Below, in pieces: positions 9,606-18,923 of a stretch of 64,000 nucleotides of DNA. Both the position numbers and the translations under genes were made by a program. Under the pieces are notes generated by a model that ran no database searches, was not told the DNA's origin, and worked only from the letters and a program-made list of their open reading frames with translations. The stretch's first letter is position 1. Each line of letters opens with the position of its first letter. Origin of the DNA: an uncultured Gammaproteobacteria bacterium (GTDB lineage Bacteria; Pseudomonadota; Gammaproteobacteria; Steroidobacterales; Steroidobacteraceae); contig CAWGKS010000017.1 of assembly GCA_963823235.1 (NCBI GenBank), forward strand, positions 5,050-69,049. The letters run 5' to 3'.

Positions 9606-10541
9606 TTGGACCTGGCATGGCCGTGTGTGAAGCCAATGCATAAACACACAACTCGAGCGCAGCCGATGCCGTGTTTCGATTCGCAGGCGGACTCGCTTGA
9701 GGTTTCAGAGCGCGATGTGCTGCGTCTGCTGGGAACGGGTTGCTCACTGACAAGCGTCAGCAGGCACCTGGCGCTGTCTGAGAGCACCGTGCAGGCCTAC
9801 GTGCGTGAAATTAAGCGAAAACTACGCTTGAACTCGCTCGATGCGTTACGTGACCACGCAGTGCTACTCCATGACTTCATGGGAGCTGGCGCGGACGCAT
9901 TGGCGACCGCCCGTCCGCAGCACCTTCCGCACCAGAGTCGCTGGCTGCCAGATGTGAAGTTAAGTGCAGGCGGTCCGCTGGGTAGCGCCTGTCGACGCGA
10001 GCTCAATTGCAGGTCGCTGCGCGACGCCGCGGATTTTCTGAGGGATTGTCCGTCACCGTCCGGCGCAGCGCCGGACGATCCGGGCGCGGTTATTCGGCAT
10101 CGCACCGGGACACTGGCCGCCAAACAGGCACTGCTGGTGGCGTTGGCCCTGGAGGCCGGACGCGAAGATGTGCAGTTGATTGTGGCTTGCTATGAGTTGC
10201 GTGTAGTGGACGACAGTACGCATACCCGACCTGCCACCCTGCCCATGGCCGTGTGTCATATCCGCTATCGATCACATGACCTCCAGATCGCTGAGCCCTG
10301 TGCGGGCTCGCTGCTCTGCAGTCGGCCGATGTCTACGGTATGCGTAGACCCTGGGCGACTGGCGAGCGAACGGGTGAGGATGTATCAGACGATGGCTATC
10401 GATTGGTGTCGTGCACTCGATCTGAAGCCGAACTACTTTGCCCGGTTGCGCGCTGAGCAGTTGCGTCAAACCGAGCGCCGCGCCGTTTTTGAGGATCTCC
10501 TGGGACACCAGTTGCCCCGGAACTACACGCCTGTTTCCTGA
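9606..10541 (+). CDS. LuxR/GerE-type HTH regulator with N-terminal HTH and ~230-aa unrecognised C-terminal domain
   Basis: SERDVLRLLGTGCSLTSVSRHLALSESTVQAYVREIKRKLRLNS is a classical GerE/LuxR HTH. I do not recognise the remainder. Alternative start at ATG 9636. Confidence 0.6.
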   Translation: MDLAWPCVKPMHKHTTRAQPMPCFDSQADSLEVSERDVLRLLGTGCSLTSVSRHLALSESTVQAYVREIKRKLRLNSLDALRDHAVLLHDFMGAGADALATARPQHLPHQSRWLPDVKLSAGGPLGSACRRELNCRSLRDAADFLRDCPSPSGAAPDDPGAVIRHRTGTLAAKQALLVALALEAGREDVQLIVACYELRVVDDSTHTRPATLPMAVCHIRYRSHDLQIAEPCAGSLLCSRPMSTVCVDPGRLASERVRMYQTMAIDWCRALDLKPNYFARLRAEQLRQTERRAVFEDLLGHQLPRNYTPVS

Positions 10542-10589
10542 TCCGGTGGCCAGGGGTTTGGAACCTCGACCGCAACGCTCCCGGCGCGA

Positions 10590-12761
10590 TCAGCGAGCCA
10601 GCCTGAAGACAAACAGCACCGGATTGCCAGCCGGCGTGTCGATCTCGGGCGTCAGCGTCGCCCGGGTCGCTTCGAGCGCGCTCCCGCCGCCTGTTACCAC
10701 CGCCACGTACTGCTCACCGTTGACGCTGTAGGTGATGGGGAACGAGGCTGGCGCTGCGTTGAGGCGTGTTTCCCAAAGTATGGCGCCAGTCTGGTCGTCA
10801 TAGGCGCGAAACTGCCGATCATGATTGCCATTGAAGAGCAGGCCTCCGGCAGTGGCAAGTATTGCGCTGGAGGGAACCGCACGCTCACGATCGGTCCACA
10901 GCACCCTGCCAGTCTGCAGGTTGATGGCCTGGAGACGTCCGAACTTGCCATCGCCATCGGGACGCACGCGTTGCTCCATGCGCGTGTCCACGCCGCCCGC
11001 AGCGGTGTCCGCAGCAGTGCCCGGCGTGAACGTGTAGTTCATGCACGATTCCGTGAGCGGCGCATAGAGCACTCCGGTCTCCGGATTGATGGAGGTTGCC
11101 GGCCAGTTGCGTCCTGAGGTGGCGTAGGGACAGACCAATTTGGCAACGCCCGCTTCGGGCTGGACGGCGGGATTGATGATCTTCCAGCCCGTGGCGGGAT
11201 CGATATCCTGCACCACGTTCTGCAGACCCAGATCCCTGGAGAACACATATTCGCCCGTTGCCCGGTCGATGGCGTCAAACATCGCCAGCTTGCCGCCAGT
11301 GACGACGAGCTTGCGCGTACGGCCCGCGATGGGCAGTTCGAGCAGTGATTGTTCGAAGGCCCAGTCCAGATCCCAGACATCGCGGCCCATATGCTGGTAG
11401 TACCACGCAAGCTTGCCCGTGTCCGCGTCCAGCGCGAGCGTCGAGTCGGTATACAGGCCGAGATTCTCTGGCCGCTCCTGCGGATCGGGCTGCAGCAGGG
11501 TGGCGGTGGCGTAGGTGTTGCCGGTTCCGAAGTAGACCAGGTTGAGATCGGGGTCGTAGCTGCCTGGAGTCCACACGCCAGCGCCGTAGCGTTCCTCCAC
11601 GGGGTGAGCATTCCAGCTGCCGCCACCGGGCTGGCCGGGTCGCGCAATCGTGTTGAAGCGCCACGCCTCATTGCCGGTCTGCGCGTCGAGCGCGATGATA
11701 TAGGCGCCCCCCTTGCCATGCGTTACACCGAGTGACACACCCAGGATGATCTTGCCGCGGGCGGCCAGCGGGCCACTGTCGAGCCGGAATGGCGAGCCAT
11801 CGGCATCGCCACTGCGCGCACCCTGCTCAGGTGCAATGACCGCACGATCCCAGATGAGCTTGCCGGTCCTGGCTTCCAGCGCTACGACATGCCCATCGGC
11901 GGTCGGCGCGTAGATGCGCTCTCCGAGGATCGCAAGACTCTTGGCGCGCGCGCTGCGCCCGCCGTCCGCCTCATCCGGCAGCAGCCGCTGGTATTGCCAC
12001 AGCAGTTCACCGCTGGCGGCGTCCAGGGCTTCGACGGCGGCGCCACTCGCAATGAACATGACGCCATCGTGCACCAGCGGCGTGATTTCATTCACGCTGG
12101 GCGGCAGCGACCAGCTCCAGGCACTGCCCAGTCCGTGCACATTGTCCTTGTTGATCTGCCTGAGGGGACTGAAGCCGAGTGCCTCGTAGGTGCGCCGCCA
12201 ATGCAGCCAGTCGCCCGCCGGCGGATTGCGCAGCAGCTGCTCACTGACCACGGATACACGGCCCAGCATTTCAGTGCGCGCGGCAACCGTGGAGGTATAG
12301 ATGGCATCGCGCTCAATGGCGGCGGAGAACAGTCGGGCATTGCGCTCTGCTTCTTCGGCGGATGCGCCCGCCACCGCGACCTTGCTTTTCGCCGCTTCCG
12401 TCCAGCCGTCGTTGGACTGCCGGATGTAGCTCTCGATTTCCGTGTAGGTCTGTGTAGTCAGCGAGCCTGGACCGGCGGGCGGCATCCTGGTCGCGATGTA
12501 TTGCAGCAGCGCCGCGCTTGTCTGGTTCTGCCAATGGGCATCGAATTTTTCGCCCTTGAGTGGTGGCCCGAATTCGCCGCCCTCCAGGTTCGCGCCGTGG
12601 CACTGCAGACAGCTGTGCGTGTAGGCAGCTGGCACCGCAGCGCGTGCGCTGCCCGGCTGCGGGCTGGCGCAGCCGGCTAGCAGGGCTGCCGCTATCGCCG
12701 CGCCTCTCAATACCAATGACTTCACGGCACACGACGCCCGTTCACGACCATGCATGCTCAC
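10590..12761 (-). CDS. PQQ-dependent dehydrogenase (8-bladed propeller) with N-terminal c-type cytochrome domain; lipoprotein-like signal
   Basis: N-terminus ...AALLAGCASP (lipobox-like), then CLQCH haem motif with a downstream RMPP Met. After that come PQQ-dehydrogenase signatures (GDWLHWRRTYEALGFSPLRQINKDNV, repeated W-containing propeller blades). 723 aa. Confidence 0.8.
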   Translation of the reverse strand: MSMHGRERASCAVKSLVLRGAAIAAALLAGCASPQPGSARAAVPAAYTHSCLQCHGANLEGGEFGPPLKGEKFDAHWQNQTSAALLQYIATRMPPAGPGSLTTQTYTEIESYIRQSNDGWTEAAKSKVAVAGASAEEAERNARLFSAAIERDAIYTSTVAARTEMLGRVSVVSEQLLRNPPAGDWLHWRRTYEALGFSPLRQINKDNVHGLGSAWSWSLPPSVNEITPLVHDGVMFIASGAAVEALDAASGELLWQYQRLLPDEADGGRSARAKSLAILGERIYAPTADGHVVALEARTGKLIWDRAVIAPEQGARSGDADGSPFRLDSGPLAARGKIILGVSLGVTHGKGGAYIIALDAQTGNEAWRFNTIARPGQPGGGSWNAHPVEERYGAGVWTPGSYDPDLNLVYFGTGNTYATATLLQPDPQERPENLGLYTDSTLALDADTGKLAWYYQHMGRDVWDLDWAFEQSLLELPIAGRTRKLVVTGGKLAMFDAIDRATGEYVFSRDLGLQNVVQDIDPATGWKIINPAVQPEAGVAKLVCPYATSGRNWPATSINPETGVLYAPLTESCMNYTFTPGTAADTAAGGVDTRMEQRVRPDGDGKFGRLQAINLQTGRVLWTDRERAVPSSAILATAGGLLFNGNHDRQFRAYDDQTGAILWETRLNAAPASFPITYSVNGEQYVAVVTGGGSALEATRATLTPEIDTPAGNPVLFVFRLAR

Positions 12762-13597
12762 TTGCCGGCTCGCGCCAGGCGGTCGCTCTCAGCGCGCGTC
12801 GATGCGGGTCCGGTGTTGCGGCTCGCAAGTCCGCCGCCGGCCGGAGCCTTGCTGAAGGGCTCCGGATCACCCGGCCGCAGCTTCAGGCCGTAGAGGCTGT
12901 GCATGCCCGGGTGGCGGCCGAGGCCGCCATGCAGGTCGAAGCCGCGATCAAGCCAGTCGCGCAGCGGGTCATCGTCGGTCAGGGGCGGCGTGGTCGCGAC
13001 AGAAGCCACCCACAGAAACAGGGAAAGCGCGCGATAGTCCGCGTAGTTCGGGTTGGCGCCGCCGAGCCAGCGGTCTTCCGCCAGCAGCTGGCGCAAAGGT
13101 TCGAGGGTTGGTGGCACCAGGGGCAGGCGCTCTTCGCGGCCCTCCTGCGCAGCCTCGAGACTGCGGCCACCGAGAAAGGCCTTGCGACTGTGCGTCACGT
13201 ATTCGTGGTCCTGCAGCATCGACAGGTCACGGTAATCCTTGATGTAGCAGCTGAACCACGGCGTCACCGCCGTGCGCCACAACCAGGCTTCGAGGAACTT
13301 CGTCAGCACCTTGACGCCCGGATCGCCGCACAGCATCGGCCGTTCAGGGTAAGTCTCGTCCAGGTATTCGGCGATCAGCCAGCTGTCGAGCACCCAGTGC
13401 CCGTCATCGACAATCGCCGGGAGGCGTTCGCTGCGGCCACCGGTGCGCTCGAGTATGCCGGTGAAGCCGCCCGGCACGATGTCGAGGTCGAAGCCCTTGT
13501 GCTTGAGGGCGTACTTCGTGGCCCAGACAAAGGGGCTGATGGTGCAGCCGGAAGCGAGCTGCAGGTCATACAGTGTGATGCGATTGTTTACTGCCAT
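12758..13597 (-). CDS. glutathione S-transferase-like / Grx2-like protein
   Basis: 279 aa with a thioredoxin-fold N-terminus: ITLYDLQLASGCTISPFVWATKYALKHKGFDLDIVP...LPAIVDDGHWVLDSWLIAEYLDETYP. Its stop overlaps the GTG start of the PQQ dehydrogenase (GTGA). Confidence 0.65.
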   Translation of the reverse strand: MAVNNRITLYDLQLASGCTISPFVWATKYALKHKGFDLDIVPGGFTGILERTGGRSERLPAIVDDGHWVLDSWLIAEYLDETYPERPMLCGDPGVKVLTKFLEAWLWRTAVTPWFSCYIKDYRDLSMLQDHEYVTHSRKAFLGGRSLEAAQEGREERLPLVPPTLEPLRQLLAEDRWLGGANPNYADYRALSLFLWVASVATTPPLTDDDPLRDWLDRGFDLHGGLGRHPGMHSLYGLKLRPGDPEPFSKAPAGGGLASRNTGPASTRAESDRLARAGK

Positions 13598-13630
13598 GGG
13601 TATAGGCGCGCCATTCTACAGCCAGGCGCA

Positions 13631-14785
13631 TCAGTTCGCCGGCTCAAGCCGCAGCACACGCCCGTCCGATTCGTCAGTGCAGACGTAGAGATAGCCATCT
13701 GGCGCGGCGCGCACATCACGAATGCGCCAATGCCGATCACCCAGCAGTTCTTCCTGGTCCACTACCTCGCCGTGGGCGTCGAGATGAACCCGCCGCAGGT
13801 GCGTGAAAGCCAGCGACCCTGTAAACAGATCGCCCCGCCACGCTGGAAACCTGTCGCCGTGGTACACCGCGAGACCTGAGGGCGCGATCGAAGGAGTCCA
13901 GTAGATCAGCGGCTGCTCGAGGCCCGGGCGCTGGGTATACGGCGACACGTAGGCGCCGGAGTAGTCCATGCCGTAGGTGATCACCGGCCAACCGTAGTTG
14001 CTGTGAGCGGTGATGACATTCAACTCGTCACCGCCGCGTGGGCCGTGCTCGGTTTCGTAGAGGCGTCCGCTTGGCGCATCAAACGCCAGGCCCTGCGGGT
14101 TGCGGTGACCCCAGCTGTAGATCTCGGGGCGGACCGAGGCCCGGCCGAGAAACGGATTGTCGCGCGGCACGCTGCCATCCCCATTGAGGCGCACGATCTT
14201 GCCCAGGTCAGAGCTCAGATCCTGCGCCTTTTCACGGTACTCGAAGCCCTCGCCAATCGTCAGTGCAAAGGTGCCGTCAGGAAGGAACGCCATGCGCGCG
14301 CCATAGTGGTTGTCGCCGGCCTTCAATGGCAGTGCCCGGAATATCACCTGCAAATCCTGGAGCGAAGTGCCGTCGAAGCGGGCACGCGCTACCTGCGTGC
14401 CGTTGGCGGCATGGGTCCCCGCGGCATAGGTCAGATAGACAATTCCGTTCAGCGCAAAATCGGGATGCAGCACAATGTCGAACAGACCCGCCTGACTGCC
14501 GGTGAGCACCGCCGGGACGCCGGCAATCGGTCGCGGAACCAACGAGCCCTCTTTGATCAGGCGCAGTCTTCCTGCGCGCTCGGTCACCAGAATTGCGCCG
14601 TCTGGCAGGAACGCCATTGACCAGGGGTGATCGAGTCCGCGTGCGATTTCTGTGACGCGATAGCCCGTCTTGAGCACTTTGGCAGTTTGCGGTGCGGGCG
14701 GCAGGGCACTTGCGGAGCCGGCCGCCAGCGTGACAGCCAGCACGGGTAGGAAGCGGCGCATCATTATTATTCCAGCTAAAACCAA
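13631..14785 (-). CDS. soluble PQQ-dependent sugar (aldose/sorbosone) dehydrogenase, YliI-like
   Basis: Signal peptide, then ...GLDHPWSMAFLPDGAILVTERAGRLRLI...HYGARMAFLPDG...WGHRNPQGLAF...EHGPRGGDELN..., typical of the GSDH family. The true start is probably an internal Met (MMRRF...). Confidence 0.8.
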   Translation of the reverse strand: MVLAGIIMMRRFLPVLAVTLAAGSASALPPAPQTAKVLKTGYRVTEIARGLDHPWSMAFLPDGAILVTERAGRLRLIKEGSLVPRPIAGVPAVLTGSQAGLFDIVLHPDFALNGIVYLTYAAGTHAANGTQVARARFDGTSLQDLQVIFRALPLKAGDNHYGARMAFLPDGTFALTIGEGFEYREKAQDLSSDLGKIVRLNGDGSVPRDNPFLGRASVRPEIYSWGHRNPQGLAFDAPSGRLYETEHGPRGGDELNVITAHSNYGWPVITYGMDYSGAYVSPYTQRPGLEQPLIYWTPSIAPSGLAVYHGDRFPAWRGDLFTGSLAFTHLRRVHLDAHGEVVDQEELLGDRHWRIRDVRAAPDGYLYVCTDESDGRVLRLEPAN

Positions 14786-15282
14786 TGGGCTGCAGGATAA
14801 TTGAGAATCTGCCAGTGGGGAGAGAACAATTGCTGCGCCGGATCAGTGCATTTGCGATGGCTGCGCTTGTCATGATTACTCTGGGTACGGCCGCGCAGGC
14901 ATATTGGGTACAGGACGCCTGGTCCGCGGCCGCGGGCCTGGCCACGGGGGGCGGTCCGGTCGCCATTCCCCTGGGCGATCGACTGACCTGGGCGGCGCAC
15001 GATCTTGGCGGCCTGCTCGACTCTTACGGCGCCCTCAGCACGATTGCCTTGCTGATCGCGCTGCTGATCGCAGGCGCGGTGGCACGATTCAGCGGCCATC
15101 GTCGGCTTGTCTTTGGCATCGCCGGGGCGTCGGCAATCCTCGCACTGTTGACCGGGCTCAAGCTGGCACTCGGCACAGTGGGAGTATTCGGCGCGCGCGG
15201 TTGGGCGGGTCACGCTTGCCAGGCAGTGGTCGGTCTACTGGCAGCCCTGCTGTTTGCGCGCCTTACGGCAGTGAAAAAATAG
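14785..15282 (+). CDS. hypothetical integral membrane protein
   Basis: 165-aa ORF with 3-4 hydrophobic segments and no recognisable motif. The start may be an internal Met at ~14857. Confidence 0.35.
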   Translation: MGCRIIENLPVGREQLLRRISAFAMAALVMITLGTAAQAYWVQDAWSAAAGLATGGGPVAIPLGDRLTWAAHDLGGLLDSYGALSTIALLIALLIAGAVARFSGHRRLVFGIAGASAILALLTGLKLALGTVGVFGARGWAGHACQAVVGLLAALLFARLTAVKK

Positions 15283-15400
15283 CGGCCTCCGGGACTCTAT
15301 CCCCCAGGACGGCGCGCGCGGATTGCCGCTTTGTCCGAGGGGCGCCAGATTTTGCGCACAACCATAGCGTGAGGGCGCATGAAATGGCTACGCTGTCTGT

Positions 15401-17836
15401 ATGAGCATGGCATTTCTTTCCAGTCGCTACCGCTGGCTCGTGTGCGCCGCCTGGCTGCTGTTCGCGCTCGTCGCATTGCCGTTTGCAGACCAGGTAAATG
15501 CAAGGCTCGACGCGACGCCACGCCTGGAGGGCACGGAGTCGGCCGCCGTGACGCGCGCATTGCGGACAGGATTCAAGTCACCGTTTGCTGACCTGGCGTT
15601 GCTGCGCGTCGCTGCGGCGCCATCGCCCTCGAGCGAGCGCGGTAGAGAAATGCTGGAGCAGGTGACATCGGCACTGCGTGCGACGCGCGGTGTTTCCGCC
15701 GTGCTTTCGTATCTCGACAGCGGCGACACCACATTTATCGGCAAGGACGGAAGCGCCATCGCTATTGTCGGACTGGATATCCAACAAGGGCTTGCCGATA
15801 CGCTGGTGCCGCGGCTGCGCGCGGCTACCGAAGCGCTGCGCCTGCAGATGCAGGAACGCTACGCTGGCATCGCCTTCCGCTGGACTGGCGAGGCGGCGGT
15901 GAATGCCGACATCAGGCGCGAAAGCGGCGAGCAGACGCACAGTGCTGAGTTGCGGGTCTTTCCGCTCATGCTGGTCCTGTTGCTGATCGCATTTCGCAGC
16001 GTCATCGCCGCCGCGCTGCCGCTGCTGTGCGGGGCGCTGACAATGCTGATCTCACTGGGATTGGCCGTGGTAGTCAACCGATACTGGTCGTTATCCGTGA
16101 TTCTCGTCAGCGTCGTCAGCATGGTGGGGCTTGGGTTGAGCATTGACTACGCACTGCTCATTATCAGCCGCTACCGGGAGGCACTTGACGCGGGGTTGGC
16201 GCGGCCGGCGGCCATCATTCAGGCTGGCGAGCGTGGCGGCCGCACGGTCATCATATCGGGTGGCGCAGTCGCGATCGGTTTCGCCGCGATGTTGCTGGTG
16301 CGCGTGAACGAGGTGAGATCCATTGGGGTCGGTGGGCTGCTGGTGACCAGCGTCTCGGCATTGATCGCCACCACCTTGCTCCCGCTACTGCTCTCGTGGC
16401 TTGGCCCATGGATCGACGCCGGCCGCATCGGGCGCGCCCGCCGGCAAGACAGCTCACGTCACTGGTGGCGCTGGGCGTCCTGGGTTGGCCGGCACCCGCT
16501 ATGGGTACTCGCCGTTGCGGGACTGCCGCTAATACTCCTGGCCACCCAGGCAGCTCGCCTGAGAATGGATCTGCCGCGTGGCGCCTGGCTCCCGGCAAAT
16601 GTGGAGTCCGTGAGGGCACTCAATGAACTGGAGTCCATCGGTCACAGCAACTTCGGCCAGACCATTCGCGTGATCGTCAATCTTCCCGCGGGCGTGACAG
16701 TCGAGAGTGAGTCCGGCTGGAACGCGGTGGCGCGGCTGGTCGCAGCGTATGCGCACGACCGGCGGGTTGATCATGTCTGGTCCGTTACCACACTGGGCGG
16801 GACGGGGTTTGGCGGGGCGGCAACGGTGGCGCTGCTTCCCGATTCGATCCGCCGCTCATTGGTCAGTGTCGATGGTCGGGCCACGCTCATCGACCTGTTG
16901 CCTCGCGAAGGCATGACGCCCGCGGAAGTGACTGGCTTCGTAAGAGAGATCCGCTCGACCAATTCCGAGGCGCTGACGAAATTACCAGGTACCCGCCTTA
17001 TGGTCGGCGGCGCACCTGCCTTCAACGCCGACTATGAAGATGTCATTGCGAGCAGCGTGCTCGCAGTCATCCTGAGTGTTGTGTGTGCCACGCTGCTGAT
17101 ACTGGCATTGGCATTCAGAAGCGTACTGATTCCCCTGAAGGCCGTAGCGCTTAACCTGCTGTCCGTCGCGGCGGCCTTCGGTGCGGTGGTGCTGGTATTT
17201 CAGGACGGCTACGGCTCAAGCCTGGTAGGTCTCGCCCAGCCACTGAATGGCGGTTTTCCAATACTTCCGGTGCTGGTGTTCTGCGCCGTCTTTGGACTCA
17301 GCATGGACTATGAGGTTTTTCTCGTCGCTCGCGTCGCCGACGGCCACCGCTCAGGTCTCGCGGATGGCGCAGCGCTGGCCGCCGGGCTTGCGAGCACGGG
17401 CCGCGTCATCACGCTCGCCGCCGCAGTCATGGTGGCGATTTTCGGCGGCTTCATTCTGGGAGACTTTGTACTGATCAAGATTCTGGGATTCGCCCTTGGT
17501 GTAGCAGTGCTGCTGGATGCCACTCTGGTTCGACTGGCGCTGGGGCCGGCACTCATTCGGCTCGCCGGGCGCTGGAACTGGTGGCCGGGCGAATCACTGC
17601 AATCATCCAGGGGTCAGAAGGTCATGACCCGTTGCAGTTGTGAGCGGACGAGGTCCAGCACCTGCGAGCGGGCCTGGTGGATGAAGAAATGCCCACCGGG
17701 CACGATCGCCAACTGGAACGACTCACAGGTATGGACTCGCCAGCCTTCCATCTCCTCGCGGGACACTGTTGAATCGGCATCGCCGCAGATTGCCAGGATG
17801 GGGATGGGCAGTGGCTGCAGGGGCGGTGCCACGTAG
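15401..17836 (+). CDS. MMPL/RND-superfamily lipid transporter; 3' ~220 nt look like read-through
   Basis: Twelve hydrophobic segments in 1+5 / 1+5 arrangement with two periplasmic loops. MMPL-like motifs: GLSIDYALLIISRYRE, GLSMDYEVFLVARV, ...GRWNWWPG near the C-terminus. After WNWWPG the ORF continues ~80 aa antisense to the thioesterase gene. Confidence 0.8.
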   Translation: MSMAFLSSRYRWLVCAAWLLFALVALPFADQVNARLDATPRLEGTESAAVTRALRTGFKSPFADLALLRVAAAPSPSSERGREMLEQVTSALRATRGVSAVLSYLDSGDTTFIGKDGSAIAIVGLDIQQGLADTLVPRLRAATEALRLQMQERYAGIAFRWTGEAAVNADIRRESGEQTHSAELRVFPLMLVLLLIAFRSVIAAALPLLCGALTMLISLGLAVVVNRYWSLSVILVSVVSMVGLGLSIDYALLIISRYREALDAGLARPAAIIQAGERGGRTVIISGGAVAIGFAAMLLVRVNEVRSIGVGGLLVTSVSALIATTLLPLLLSWLGPWIDAGRIGRARRQDSSRHWWRWASWVGRHPLWVLAVAGLPLILLATQAARLRMDLPRGAWLPANVESVRALNELESIGHSNFGQTIRVIVNLPAGVTVESESGWNAVARLVAAYAHDRRVDHVWSVTTLGGTGFGGAATVALLPDSIRRSLVSVDGRATLIDLLPREGMTPAEVTGFVREIRSTNSEALTKLPGTRLMVGGAPAFNADYEDVIASSVLAVILSVVCATLLILALAFRSVLIPLKAVALNLLSVAAAFGAVVLVFQDGYGSSLVGLAQPLNGGFPILPVLVFCAVFGLSMDYEVFLVARVADGHRSGLADGAALAAGLASTGRVITLAAAVMVAIFGGFILGDFVLIKILGFALGVAVLLDATLVRLALGPALIRLAGRWNWWPGESLQSSRGQKVMTRCSCERTRSSTCERAWWMKKCPPGTIANWNDSQVWTRQPSISSRDTVESASPQIARMGMGSGCRGGAT

Positions 17837-18009
17837 GTCTCCATCGCACGCAGGCTCGCGCGAATCAGCGGCAGCAGCATGGTCCCTAACCCGGAATGGG
17901 CCATGACCGCCTCCGGCATCCCCTCGTAGCGCCGAACGTGAGCGAGCACCGCTTCATCCGGCCCCGCCGAAGCCGGCGGATGAGGGCCAGGGTCGTTGTG
18001 GCGCTGCAC
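17614..18009 (-). CDS. PKS fragment 8: thioesterase C-terminal half (catalytic Asp/His region)
   Basis: ...PILAICGDADSTVSREEMEGWRVHTCESFQLAIVPGGHFFIHQ... Confidence 0.75.
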   Translation of the reverse strand: MQRHNDPGPHPPASAGPDEAVLAHVRRYEGMPEAVMAHSGLGTMLLPLIRASLRAMETYVAPPLQPLPIPILAICGDADSTVSREEMEGWRVHTCESFQLAIVPGGHFFIHQARSQVLDLVRSQLQRVMTF

Positions 18010-18923
18010 TCGCAGCGACGATCAGCGCGGCCGGCGGGCGCTGGCGATCTCCGGCAATGAATCGTGTCGCCTCGAACGCCACGAGCGCGCCCATGCTGTA
18101 TCCCATCAGCGCATAGGGTCCGGTCACTTCGGTGGCGATCGCCGAGGCGATGCCGCCAGCGATGGCCCGAATCGAGGTCAGTGGAACCTCCACCAGGCCT
18201 GAGCCGGTCCCCGGAAACTGAATGGTCAGGATGTTGGCGATGCAGCGGAGCCCCTCCGACCAACCCTGAAAGGTCTGCGGCCCACCGCCGAGGTATGGCA
18301 CGCAGATCAGCTGCAGCCCGGCGCCCGACTCGCCGTCGCCGCCAGTCAGCCATCCCGTCCGCGGTGCAGACCCGGCTATCGGGGACGTGCACCCCGGTAG
18401 TGGCACGATCAGCCCCATCGAAGCGGTTTTGAATCTCGGCCGCGAGCTGGATGATCGTGGGACCCTGGATGAGGGTGACGATGGGCAGATTGATCCCGAC
18501 TCCCGCCTCCACTCGGTGCATCAACTCAAGGGCCATCAGTGAGTCGAGACCCACGGTGTTGAGCGGCTGGTCCAGCGGCAGCGCCTCGGGATCGATCTCC
18601 AGCACCTTGGCCAGCTCGGCCGCAATAAAGGACGTGATGAGTCCCAGGCGTTCCTCTGGCGTGGCAGCCAGGAGTTTTTCGCGTAGCGCGGCCGCGGCGG
18701 AATCCGGTTGAACTTCCAGCACCACCGTCTGGCGAATGATCGCCAGAAAGGGATCCGTTCGCGCGGTCGGCCAGACGCGCCATGAACGTCCCCCAGTCCA
18801 TGGGCATGACGGCGACCTCGGGGACGTCCAGTTCGGACACGGTGCCCAGCGCCTCGACGCCGCGGGCCGGCGGAATCTTGCCCACCCCGAAATCGAAGCT
18901 CCGCTGTCCCTGCGCGGTGGCAC
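17886..18923 (-). CDS. PKS fragment 6: second ACP domain (only the middle part of the ORF is in the true frame)
   Basis: ...LREKLLAATPEERLGLITSFIAAELAKVLEIDPEALPLDQPLNTVGLDSLMALELMHRVEAGVGINLPIVTLIQGPTIIQLAAEI... Confidence 0.75.
   Translation of the reverse strand: MPPRRDSGASISGWARFRRPAASRRWAPCPNWTSPRSPSCPWTGGRSWRVWPTARTDPFLAIIRQTVVLEVQPDSAAAALREKLLAATPEERLGLITSFIAAELAKVLEIDPEALPLDQPLNTVGLDSLMALELMHRVEAGVGINLPIVTLIQGPTIIQLAAEIQNRFDGADRATTGVHVPDSRVCTADGMADWRRRRVGRRAAADLRAIPRRWAADLSGLVGGAPLHRQHPDHSVSGDRLRPGGGSTDLDSGHRWRHRLGDRHRSDRTLCADGIQHGRARGVRGDTIHCRRSPAPAGRADRRCECSATTTLALIRRLRRGRMKRCSLTFGATRGCRRRSWPIPG
17954..18418 (-). CDS. PKS fragment 7: thioesterase N-terminal half (GxSxG)
   Basis: ...LQLICVPYLGGGPQTFQGW...TIQFPGTGSG...YALMGYSMGALVAFEATRF... 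Confidence 0.75.
   Translation of the reverse strand: MGLIVPLPGCTSPIAGSAPRTGWLTGGDGESGAGLQLICVPYLGGGPQTFQGWSEGLRCIANILTIQFPGTGSGLVEVPLTSIRAIAGGIASAIATEVTGPYALMGYSMGALVAFEATRFIAGDRQRPPAALIVAASAAPQRPWPSSAGFGGAG

Noticed and set aside
12560-13879. A 439-aa ORF on the + strand overlapping the GST-like and sugar-dehydrogenase genes
   Set aside because: This is an antisense shadow ORF, typical of high-GC DNA. It is Arg/Ala/Gly-rich with no motifs, while the opposite strand carries clear family signatures. The same applies to 24419..25804(+), 29144..30178(+), 34567..35562(+), 35494..36624(-), 42700..43710(-), 44617..45732(-), 45569..47557(-), 51708..52541(-) and 61292..62236(-).
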